A stretch of DNA of 64,000 bases, from IMG/VR virus record IMGVR_UViG_3300045988_147517, positions 32,001-96,000 of that record. One strand, given 5' to 3'. The stretch's first letter is position 1; every line of letters begins with the position of its first letter. The notes beneath the pieces were generated by a model, which saw only the letters and a program-made list of their open reading frames with translations, made no database searches and was not told where the DNA came from. Below are positions 47,194-56,472 of the stretch, in pieces. Both the position numbers and the translations under genes were made by a program. The stretch is from a virus.

Positions 47194-48230
47194 TTTGTTA
47201 CCTCGCTTTCAATATTTTCAATTGTGCTTAAATTATGCACGTTTCTAATTGCGCTGTCAAGTAAAATTTTTGCTGTTTAAGAAATGTTTTTTTTAGCTCC
47301 TTGTATACAAGCGATTATTTTTAAATTGCCCTTATATTTATACCTTTAGAAAAAAAGTCCGCTCTAAACGTCAATAAATCGTTTACATGAGCCATATGAA
47401 AACGCAAATTTTGCGCCCTGACCACTAAAGTTTATTCAGGCTCTCATTATTTAATTTTATAATACGCCTACCGCTTTATGCGCTACCACTCTAATTGTTT
47501 CGCCATATTCACTTTATTCATTCGTTTTAACAGGTATCCTATATCCTTTTCTAAATAAAGTCGCTATATGGTCAAATTTAAACGATTACACGCCTATTTA
47601 TAAAGCGCCATGGCTACAATCTATTCTTATTGAGTTTACTTCAGCGCCATAACCATAATCAGTAAGTGTTCAATTATATTTACTTGATTCGTTTGCCCTG
47701 ATTTATTGTACATCATCTAACATTGTTCATAATACCCGCCTTTGTTATATCGCTCTAACAATATTCAGTTTGCCTATCTTTGTAAGTTTGCGCTACCTCT
47801 GTTATAGTATCCTTACTTTGTTTATCCCCATGTTCTAAGTTAGTCCCATCTTAATAATTTAGCCCTATATAATTTTATTCAGCTATTCTATTTTTGTTTG
47901 CGCTTCGCTTACTTTGTTCGTCTCGTCTAACTTTGTTTAAATCAATTTACAATTTGGTTTTGTTTTAAATTAAAATTAATTTTATTTTAATTTTAATAAG
48001 GTTGCGCCAAAGACGAGCCTATTCTAGTTTTAAAATGCGCTTTCTATTTAACTTATTATTAGATTGCGCTTTAAATTGTAATCGTTTGATTTTCGCTTTA
48101 TAGCTGTTTTATTTTTATTCAGGATATATTATACCTCTGTATTTATAAGCGCCATAACACCCATCTAAATAGTTTATAATAATATTTCGCCTATCTAAAT
48201 TATATTAAAATTATTAATTATATTGTTTTG

Positions 48231-48530
48231 CTCTATGTTTGTTCTTTGTTCATTGTATTATTGCAAACAAGTGTTCTTGCTCTGCTTTGTTTGTTTGCTT
48301 AATGTATGTTATGTATATATGTTTAATGTGTTTATCTATGTATAATGTACTAACATGTATGTATGTGTGTGCTACGTGTGTTATATATATATGTTTAATG
48401 TGTTTGTTCTCTTGTTATGTATTGTTCTTGTGTGTGTTTAATGAACTGTCAATGTCCATGGACGTGTAAAGCATGTGCTTAAGAGGATAGATAACATGTT
48501 AATGGGTTGTTGTGGTGTGTGTAAAATATT
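48231..48530. repeat. TG-rich low-complexity tract with an internal duplication
   Basis: The plus strand here is almost devoid of C. ATATATGTTTAATGTGTTT occurs twice, and (TG)n-like runs are present. Confidence 0.6.
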
Positions 48531-49149
48531 TTTTTTTATTATGGAAAGTATTTTTTTATTTTTAGATTGGTTTAGGTTGATATGGAAATACTTAAAAAGT
48601 TGCTTTCTTTTTACCCTTAAGCAATTTTAACCGTGGTTAATATTAAATTTTTAATTTGTTCAAATTTTAAAGTTTTAAAAAACTAACTTTGTTATCCTGA
48701 ACTAACAAGTACCTACTAACTATATTTAGTGGGTATCTTTTCAAAACAATAGGTGATATTTTAAGTGTAAAGGATTACACTATCACCCCTACTTCTCAAC
48801 TTTGGTTTTGAAAATTTTCAGAAATCGTTACCATGCACTTTCATTCCAGACCCATATACAAATTTCTACAATTTTTTAACAACCTTCAACAAAAAAAATA
48901 AATTTTAAACACATTACATTAAATTTAAAAAATCTCCTCTAGCGCCATATCACTATATTTAGTTTTTGATAAAAGATGATTTTCTTAAATTTATCCTCTA
49001 ATTGACAATTTTGATGAAGATTTGTACACAGACACTTAGCGCAAATTCATCTCCTAAAATTATTAGTAAATAGCCGCATTTTATAATCTAAAAAAATATT
49101 ATCATTTTCTTAAATTATTGTATAAGTTTTTATTATTATTGCATTAAAG

Positions 49150-49625
49150 TTTTAAATAATCTAGGATTATCATCTTCTGTAGATATTTGAAGGAATCTTA
49201 AAGACGGCTCTCAGTCTAGCCAGAAAAGCATAGGTGTAGTTACCAAGGACTTTATGATTATGGCGCGGTACGTATAGGGGCAATCAGGTTTCACTTACTG
49301 AGTTCTACCAAGGTCATGAGTGGTGCGTTGTTAAAGTTCGGTAAGTCAAAGAGATTAACTGCAAGGCGTTCATTTTAAGACAAATTAAAGGGGCTTTTCA
49401 CCAAAGTGGAAAGTACCTTTAATTTAATAGGCTTAAAATGATAAGCACCAAAGATAAAAAATTGTCCGTTTGGCTTAGCGGGCTTTGACCTTGTAGCACC
49501 ATAGAGGAATGTATTTCCAAAGCCCCTATTTTTTACACACAGATGTGTGCTCCACCCCGCATATGTGCTAGCTTTTAAGGGGTGGCTCTATAATATATAT
49601 ATTATATAGAGAGAGCATTAAAAAA
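49150..49625. ncRNA. candidate large structured RNA (unidentified class)
   Basis: This ORF-free segment looks more GC-rich than its surroundings. It contains several long helices: TTAAAGG..CCTTTAA enclosing CTTTTCAC-CAAA-GTGGAAAG, GGGCTTTG..CAAAGCCC, and CCACCCC..GGGGTGG. The strand is uncertain; one G.U pair favours the plus strand. Confidence 0.4.
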
Positions 49626-49731
49626 GAGATGATTTAAGCGTTCTACGTAGAGATGTGAAAAAAAAAGATTCTAAAATACACTTTCTTCGAAACCGTATTT
49701 TCTCGTTTCATTTTTACACAAATTTGGCAAG

Positions 49732-49812
49732 TTATCCACAGGGATGTTGATAAGTCTAAAGTTATCCACAGAAGTTATCCACAGGCTGTTGATAACTAGG
49801 CACTTATCCACA
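49732..49812 (+). promoter_or_regulatory. DnaA-box cluster (putative origin or DnaA-binding region)
   Basis: Four perfect TTATCCACA boxes at 49732, 49762, 49775 and 49804, plus two inverted TGTTGATAA boxes at 49746 and 49788. Confidence 0.7.
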
Positions 49813-49822
49813 GGTAGCGCAA

Positions 49823-49850
49823 TAAAAAAAAAGGCGTTAAGCCTTTTTTC
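49823..49850. terminator. bidirectional terminator
   Basis: A-run, AAGGC-GTTAA-GCCTT, T-run. It overlaps the stop of the helicase-like gene. Confidence 0.65.
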
Positions 49851-51186
49851 GAGATTTATTAAAGTAGCGGGATTTTTGGTAGGGCACGTAGGCGATTTCT
49901 TCATCGTTGAGCCATTGAGTGAAAAGCGTTCGCATACGCAGGGATGGAATGTAGAGGTAAATTTCTTCATTATTTCTTATGGCGCTTCTCCATACCCATT
50001 GAACCATATCAGCCAGCGCGAATTTATCTTGGTCGACGGCAATATTTCTAATTGAAAAAAGTTGTTTAATAAAAGGGTTCATGTAGCGGTTTACCATGTA
50101 GGCGCAATGTGTGCGGTTTCCATATTCGTTTGTCGCTTTAGCATTGAGTGGAACAAAAGCCCTTCTACTAATGCGCGCTGGCTTCACTTGCTTATTAAAA
50201 GATTTAAAGGTGGTATACATTCGTTGTTTTGGTGGCGCGCTTCTCAGAAAATTAAAGATACATCGGCTTACATCCTCAAGTTCCTCTGGATGTGAGGCAT
50301 ACCAATTATTACTAAGCGTACTGGAGAACTCCTGATTATTATTTGCTACATAAGGTCGACCAATTTCATTAAGGCTATCACTCTGGCAAATGTGGATAAG
50401 CGGTTTTACATTTTTCTTCCATTCTCTCTCATAGTCTTGGTTAATGGTTGGAACAAAACAATATTGTCCATTTTGGCGCTCTGTGTGATAATATTCATAT
50501 GTTATATCATAGAAGCGATAATAGTATGCCTGCATTTGATGTTCAAACATGTAGGTAAGGATAAAAACGTCATTAAAAATATCCTCTTCGAAAACCTGTA
50601 CGGGGAACGACCAAAATAAGGCACTATCATTAATATAGTAGAGCAGTCCATTATCGGCCAAATGTTTCATGTGTTGGTAGCGTGATAAATCAGCCCATTC
50701 TTCTTTTGACCAATTCACTTGAAAATCTGGGTCGATAGATACATATCCTTTGCGAATAAAAGATGCCATATCCTTTATTGTATGAAGTTGCCTTTCTCTT
50801 TCGGTGAAGTTGGATTCGGAATACTTACATAAGTCATATTCATTAATAACGTTTATGACCTCGTCTAGAAATAAGATATAATTCCCACCTCTTAAGATAT
50901 CGAGCAACTCTTTGTCTACATAAGAAAAGAGCGCATGTGTACAGACGATATTTTCTCCTTTTGCAAGTAGCGCTTTTAGGTGCCTTCCCTTGGTTCCAAA
51001 TTCTTCCTCAGATGGTTGAACAAAATTCTTTGATTCACATTCTTTTATAACCCTATCACATTCGGTTAGGAATGGTGTTACAAACATAATATTGGTATCA
51101 TTCCCTAACATATTAATATGATGAATGGCGGCACTTGTTTTGCCGCTACCCATCGGAGAGTCAACAACTTTAATTCTTCTTTTCAT
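49837..51186 (-). CDS. P-loop NTPase, helicase-like (DEAD/DEAH-type N-domain)
   Basis: Walker A SPMGSGKTS and Walker B-like ILFLDEV, with AAGGAG RBS. Confidence 0.55.
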   Translation of the reverse strand: MKRRIKVVDSPMGSGKTSAAIHHINMLGNDTNIMFVTPFLTECDRVIKECESKNFVQPSEEEFGTKGRHLKALLAKGENIVCTHALFSYVDKELLDILRGGNYILFLDEVINVINEYDLCKYSESNFTERERQLHTIKDMASFIRKGYVSIDPDFQVNWSKEEWADLSRYQHMKHLADNGLLYYINDSALFWSFPVQVFEEDIFNDVFILTYMFEHQMQAYYYRFYDITYEYYHTERQNGQYCFVPTINQDYEREWKKNVKPLIHICQSDSLNEIGRPYVANNNQEFSSTLSNNWYASHPEELEDVSRCIFNFLRSAPPKQRMYTTFKSFNKQVKPARISRRAFVPLNAKATNEYGNRTHCAYMVNRYMNPFIKQLFSIRNIAVDQDKFALADMVQWVWRSAIRNNEEIYLYIPSLRMRTLFTQWLNDEEIAYVPYQKSRYFNKSRKKA

Positions 51187-51220
51187 ATAATTCTCCTTAT
51201 CTTATATAAAGTCCAATTAC

Positions 51221-51249
51221 ATCTTATCATACCACTGACGCTTTGTCAA
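51221..51249 (-). promoter_or_regulatory. promoter of the helicase-like gene
   Basis: TTGACA (51249-51244), 17 nt, TAAGAT (51226-51221). Confidence 0.55.
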
Positions 51250-51271
51250 GTTTAATTTCTTGCAATGGGGC

Positions 51272-51300
51272 TTGACATTTAATTAAATCTGTGCTATAAT
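51272..51300 (+). promoter_or_regulatory. consensus promoter of the plus-strand module (divergent)
   Basis: TTGACA (51272-51277), 17 nt, TATAAT (51295-51300). Confidence 0.7.
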
Positions 51301-51333
51301 AGAGCCAGAGCAAAATAATACAGGAGGATGTTA

Positions 51334-51507
51334 ATGAAATGTGATAATTGTTATTGGAATATATATTGCTCGCAGGCAGAAATGGATTTAAATATTAATG
51401 GTAATTACTGTTATCATTTTGATGATATAGATAGCGGCGGTGAATATGTTCCGACTAGGGATGATTTTTATGACGAGTTTTACAAATACGTAGAGGAATA
51501 TAACTAA
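51334..51507 (+). CDS. small Cys-rich protein
   Basis: Hand-translated 57 aa, MKCDNCYWNIYCSQAEMD..., behind CAGGAGG. It is below the ORF-track cutoff. Confidence 0.5.
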   Translation: MKCDNCYWNIYCSQAEMDLNINGNYCYHFDDIDSGGEYVPTRDDFYDEFYKYVEEYN

Positions 51508-51675
51508 ATGGATAATGAATCTTATAACTTAGACGAATTGTTAGAAGAAATTGCAGATGATGCAAACAAGCTATTTGATGAATGTTGTGATGAATGGGAC
51601 AAGGCGTCAATGCGTAGAAAGATTATTGACATTATATGGAAAGTGTATGATGGCGAATTTAAGGAGCTAGACTAG
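51508..51675 (+). CDS. small acidic protein
   Basis: Hand-translated 55 aa, MDNESYNLDELLEEIADD.... Its start abuts the previous stop. Confidence 0.45.
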   Translation: MDNESYNLDELLEEIADDANKLFDECCDEWDKASMRRKIIDIIWKVYDGEFKELD

Positions 51676-51691
51676 AAATGAGAGGTTAAAA

Positions 51692-51928
51692 ATGTTTTTT
51701 GGTATTGGAAGTTTACCCTTTTGGCTATGCGGCCTACCTATTTTAGTTGGATTGTTTTTTATAGCATGTGCTAACCCAGAAAAATATATTTATCCACATG
51801 TTATAAAACACGAAGAGAGAAAGCGCAATTCATCGCCTTCACCTTATAATTCGGGAGAGGGAATTATGATTGTATGTGTTTTAGCTTGTGCTTTTATTTT
51901 AATCTATATATTGAAGTTATGGTGGTAG
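51692..51928 (+). CDS. small membrane protein
   Basis: 78 aa with two transmembrane segments and GAGAGG RBS. Confidence 0.5.
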   Translation: MFFGIGSLPFWLCGLPILVGLFFIACANPEKYIYPHVIKHEERKRNSSPSPYNSGEGIMIVCVLACAFILIYILKLWW

Positions 51929-51929
51929 A

Positions 51930-54900
51930 ATGAAGAATCGACAATTTTATATAGTAAAACTAAATAGTTCTGATTTAAAGTATTTCAAATATACTTTAGA
52001 GGGGGATTTTGATATTTTTAAAAAGCGCGACCAGATAGCCGCGGTGGCAGATAGTCAGACATTAAGGTTGATTAGAGAACTTACAAATAAAGATGTAGAC
52101 TTGGAAGAGATTGAGAAGTTATACAAAAAAAGAGATTGGCTCAAAAAACAGGAGAGCACACAGGCCGCTTCAAATGAAATTGCTTTTTTGCAACGTAAGA
52201 TTAATAACGCTATGTTTATTCCAGAATATGTCACAGTCACCATGAGTGGAAATAAACAATATGAGTATTTGTTCGAAAAAGGATTTGAGCTTATTATAGA
52301 TGGTAGGCGCATTCATTATAAGCGATTGTCATGTTCGGCAGGGCAGGCTCGTGTTTCTACTGTTGTATTCTGTGATAGTAATATTATTGATGAATTGGAG
52401 CGTCGATTAAACAACGGACGTGATATGAACTTTAAGATAGCGCCATCTAAATTCAATGCATACTTTGGATTATATACTTCCGCAACTAAAGTAGTTAGCG
52501 AGCCTAACTTTTGTGTTGTGCCAGACTATGAAAATAATTTGGATGTAGAGGTAAATTATGTAACTGAAACGGATTATGATTCGGACGATTTAATTGATAC
52601 GCGAACCGTCAACTTAGGGTTTAACCGAACTGATGGGATGGGGCTAATAAATTATGAACGCGCCTCTAAATGGGCAGAAGAGTTAGGGCTAGATTATGTT
52701 CCGGCCCAATTTTGCATACGACAATCATTTATTAAGGGAATGTTGTGCACCTTTCCCATTCAAGAGTTTTGTGAGCTTGTTAATTATGGTAATTATATCA
52801 CAAAAGATATTTATGGCGCTGAAATAGATTTGAGGGACTATGATGTTATTTTAACGGAGAGCCAATTTAAATTGTGGGGTGCTTATCCAAATCTTGATTA
52901 TTACAAAGAATGTTGCCATAAAAATAATCTTAAATGGGGTGTAGCTATTTATACCCCTAAGCATGATAAAGATATTATCAAGATGAACTATCAATTTCTA
53001 CAAACATTAGATTTATCAGACGAAGATATTGAAAATTTATGCTCAATGTTTGTTAATTGGATTCAGGGTGTAACTTGTGACAACTTAGGATACACGCTCC
53101 TCTATTTAATTGGAGAGGGTAAAACTGAAGAAGAAGTTCGGGCCTACATGCGTAGCCCGGATAACTATTGGATTAAATCTTTAATTATGGAGCCGGAGTT
53201 AATTAAAGATAGGTATATCAAACAGAAGATATATCGCCTAATTAAAAAGCGCATTCAAGACGGTTGCCTAGGAGAGATTATTTTAAATGGCAACTTTCAG
53301 GTACTCGTAAGCGACCCATTTGGATTTATGCAACATGTATGCGGGTTAGAGCCAACTGGGTTACTTGGCGCTGATGAGTATTACTCTAACTATTGGAATG
53401 AGCGGGATGTAAAAGTGGTGGATGGTATGCGTTCCCCCTTGACATATCGCTCCGAACATGTTAAAATGAAGTTAGTGAGAAACAGCCGTATAGATTATTG
53501 GTATCGTTATATGTATACGGGCGTTGTTCTTAATTACCATGGACACGATGTAATGTGTTTTGGTGGCGCGGATTTTGATTATGATATTTTAGCCACTACT
53601 GATTGTCCAGAGGTGGTTAATGGTATATATCCAAATGAGTTACCTGTCTATTATGAGCCACCCAAACCAGCGAAGATAGTGCCTACAAAAGAGGATTTGT
53701 TTAAATCAGACACATTCAGTTTTGGTTCTATCATTGGTAGCATTACAAATAAAGGTTCTAGCGGATATGCATTACTTTCCGACATTGAATATATGTATGG
53801 GAAGAATAGTATAGAGTATGTTACTACGCTAAATAGATTAAAAATGTCTTGCAAGTTACAGAGCGCGCAAATTGATTAATGTTGGTCACTTCATAGGGAA
53901 ACCTATGTCGAAACGTGGTGAACACTCAGAGAGTGGGTATACATATATTGTATGCTATCGGGGAAAGCTAAAGCCATAAGGTATGCCAATCCCGAGCCGA
54001 ACACCTATTGGAGGTGGAGGTGTAACGACTATCCGCAAGGAGTAGCGCCATAGCGATATGGTGGCGAAGTGCCACGCCCCTAACGTAAAGCCGAGGGTGA
54101 AGATATAGTCTAGTCCCCTAACAAATATCGGGAAACCGAGGGTATGAACGAAAGCGAAAATAGGAAGAGAAGTAAAAGGAATTCCTAAAATATGGGTCAA
54201 ACGCCAGAAAATAGAAGATGACGACGATGAACAAACGATTAAATATAAGGAGCGGATGAATTATTTATGTCTAGACAGGCATCCTTATTTTTTTATATAT
54301 CGTTATGCTGATACCAGAAAGAAATATCGCAAGCACATTGACACTTATCAACATTGGTGCAAGACTTCATTTAGATTGTCTCTAGAGGAATTATTTAAGG
54401 TAGAAAATAAGACACAGCAACAAAAGGATTTTTTAGCTGGATATTTCCGTTATATGCCTGTTATTGATAGCAATAGTACGATGAATCGTATTTGCCATTA
54501 TATTGAAGGGTTGAATATGAATGTACGTAGCCACCTTAAAGTAAAAGAAGGGCACGACATGCATAAATTATTTATGCCTGATAATATTGAATGGAATGAA
54601 GAGCGCTACAATAATGTGGTAGAAGCCTATAAGCGTTATTGCAAGGAGTGCACAAAAATGAATTCTCTTGGCGCTTCTAATTTTGATTTTGAGACAACGA
54701 AGGATTATGATTTTTACGCTTCTATGTTTATAGGAATGTTGTATTCCTATGTCAATGAGGTATGCAGTAATGTGTACGAAGCCATTACATATTTGGCGCA
54801 TTATATGTATGTGGAAAAAGATAGCGCCAATAAGGAAATGCTATGGCAAACATATGGGTATGAAATATATAGTATGATTAAGGAAAGAAATAGCGGTTAC

Positions 54901-54984
54901 ATTATGTTTCCACTAGAAGATGAAGATGGTGATATAGAGTATTTAAATAAAAGGTATTCTATGCAGGAGGTTTGTATTGATTGA
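51930..54984 (+). CDS. RdRP-like / YonO-like single-subunit RNA polymerase, two exons (51930-53877 and 54197-54984)
   Basis: SCSAGQARVSTVVF, KFNAYFGLYTSATK, FNRTDGMGLI..PAQFCIRQSFIKGM, MRSPLTYRSEH and FGGADFDYDIL follow the order and spacing of the cellular-RdRP/YonO motifs (SSSQLR, ARxGQxFSxT, DGxG..QIRxxGxKG, RxP, GGDxDGD). Exon lengths 1948+788 nt are in frame. Confidence 0.55.
53878..54196 (+). mobile_element. group I intron (ORF-less, about 319 nt) in the RNA polymerase gene
   Basis: The segment looks GC-richer than its flanks. P1 is formed by exon TGATT pairing with internal guide GGTCA 6 nt downstream, with U.G at the splice site. Core elements AACGACTATCC and GAAGATATAGTCTAG are present. 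The intron ends in G. The junction could shift by 1 nt. Confidence 0.75.
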
Positions 54985-55795
54985 TAAATTTACATATAAA
55001 GAGACAGATTATGTGAACGCTTTATTACAAAATGGTTTTATGACACAATATGAGAACTATGAGATGTCTTTGTTGTGTAAATTTTGGAAAGAGACTGGCG
55101 TGACAAAAAAAGAGGCGCGCCAGAATCTTATTTATTTTTGTGAATTATATTCAGATAGTTATGATGAAATGCTATATCATGCACGCTTAGATAGAATTGT
55201 CAATGGAGTATATCGAAAAGAGAATAAGCTAATTCAAATAGATTATGTTCCTATATATAAACATGAATTTGAATACATTCAAAGTTGTGACCTTCCTCAT
55301 CCTTATCAAAGATTGCTCTTTGCTTTCTTGGTATTAAAGAAAATCCATTCTGAAATATGGGTTATAAATGGCGGGGAGCGTAAGCTAAGTGGCCTGATTA
55401 ATGGTGATAAAAAACAATTTAAAATAGTTAGCGAGATGGCGCATTTAAAAGGTGGAAAAAAGGAAGATATCTTTTATATGATATACGATTTGGCTCAACA
55501 GGGAATGGTTACATCATTGGCGCTTGCTCAGGTTTATTTGAATTTTATAGACGAATTAAAAGAAAACGAATCAGAGGAGATTGTTCGCGTGTCAGATTTT
55601 GAGCATGTTTGGATGTATTATGATTATTTGAGTGGGTATAATCGGGCTGGAAGGGTCGTAATTTGTCAAGAATGTAATAGCCCCTATCACGCAAAGAGTA
55701 ACCGACAAAAGTATTGTAATGAATGTGCCGTTGAAAAACAGAGAGAAAGAGATTTGGAATACAGAAGAAGGGTTAGAAGTTCTAGTGAATACTAG
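54977..55795 (+). CDS. hypothetical protein with a C-terminal zinc ribbon
   Basis: TTG start 6 nt after AGGAGG. Contains CQECNSPYH..YCNECA. Confidence 0.5.
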   Translation: MIDKFTYKETDYVNALLQNGFMTQYENYEMSLLCKFWKETGVTKKEARQNLIYFCELYSDSYDEMLYHARLDRIVNGVYRKENKLIQIDYVPIYKHEFEYIQSCDLPHPYQRLLFAFLVLKKIHSEIWVINGGERKLSGLINGDKKQFKIVSEMAHLKGGKKEDIFYMIYDLAQQGMVTSLALAQVYLNFIDELKENESEEIVRVSDFEHVWMYYDYLSGYNRAGRVVICQECNSPYHAKSNRQKYCNECAVEKQRERDLEYRRRVRSSSEY

Positions 55796-55934
55796 TGTTG
55801 TCGATGTTTAGAGATTTTCAAAAACCCTAGTAAAAACTAGCATTTTCTAATGGTAGTAAAAAAAAGGAGATAATAGTAGAGAATACTAAAGTTTTTTCTT
55901 CTTAATATTTTTTCTTAAATATTTCTTAATACTG

Positions 55935-55963
55935 TTGACATCAGTGTTAAGACATGCTATAAT
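55935..55963 (+). promoter_or_regulatory. consensus promoter upstream of the tRNA cluster
   Basis: TTGACA (55935-55940), 17 nt, TATAAT (55958-55963). Confidence 0.7.
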
Positions 55964-56131
55964 ATATGTATAGTGAATGAGAGATAACGATACACCGCTA
56001 CGGTGGTGATTGTATAGAGCTTGGTGTTAAGCTCATGACAGCAACTTAATTTTAAAACAGTCAAAACTTTGGTATGTGAGTTTATTAAATAGAATGCCTG
56101 CATTTCGTTTAAATTTTAGAGCATACCATAT

Positions 56132-56207
56132 TGGGGTATAGCCAAGTCGGTAAGGCACCAGACTTTGACTCTGGGATGCGTAGGTTCGAGTCCTTCTGCC
56201 CCAGCCA
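56132..56207 (+). tRNA. tRNA-Gln (anticodon UUG)
   Basis: Acceptor TGGGGTA/TGCCCCA, anticodon arm CCAGA-CTTTGAC-TCTGG, T loop TTCGAGT, encoded CCA. Confidence 0.85.
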
Positions 56208-56381
56208 ATAATTTGATAATATTTATATGCCCAGACAGCAAAATTAAAGTTTTTATTAAGCCAAAAAAAACATAAATTGGGCGTAGTTTTAATTTTTAAC
56301 CTCATTTCTTTGTGCGCTTACAGCAAACATTTTTGGATATTACTTTTAATAATACACCCAAAAAGCGCCCAGTCTTATTTT

Positions 56382-56455
56382 GCCACTATAGCATAACGGT
56401 AGTGCGAATGATTTGTAATCATTTTATCGGGGTTCGACTCCTCGTAGTGGCTCCA
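56382..56455 (+). tRNA. tRNA-Thr (anticodon UGU)
   Basis: Acceptor GCCACTA/TAGTGGC, anticodon arm AATGA-TTTGTAA-TCATT, T arm CGGGG-TTCGACT-CCTCG, encoded CCA. Confidence 0.85.
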
Positions 56456-56472
56456 TTTTATAATCAAACCAA

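Noticed and set aside
48239-48469. A 76-aa Cys/Met/Val-rich ORF.
   Set aside because: It is a translation artefact of the TG-rich low-complexity tract, with no RBS.
49671-50055. ORFs 49671-49970 (minus) and 49744-50055 (plus).
   Set aside because: They run through the DnaA-box cluster and the bidirectional terminator, and overlap the 3' end of the helicase-like gene. They are spurious.
53955-54200. An 81-aa minus-strand ORF.
   Set aside because: It lies antisense inside the group I intron of the RNAP gene. The open frame is probably a by-product of the intron's atypical base composition.
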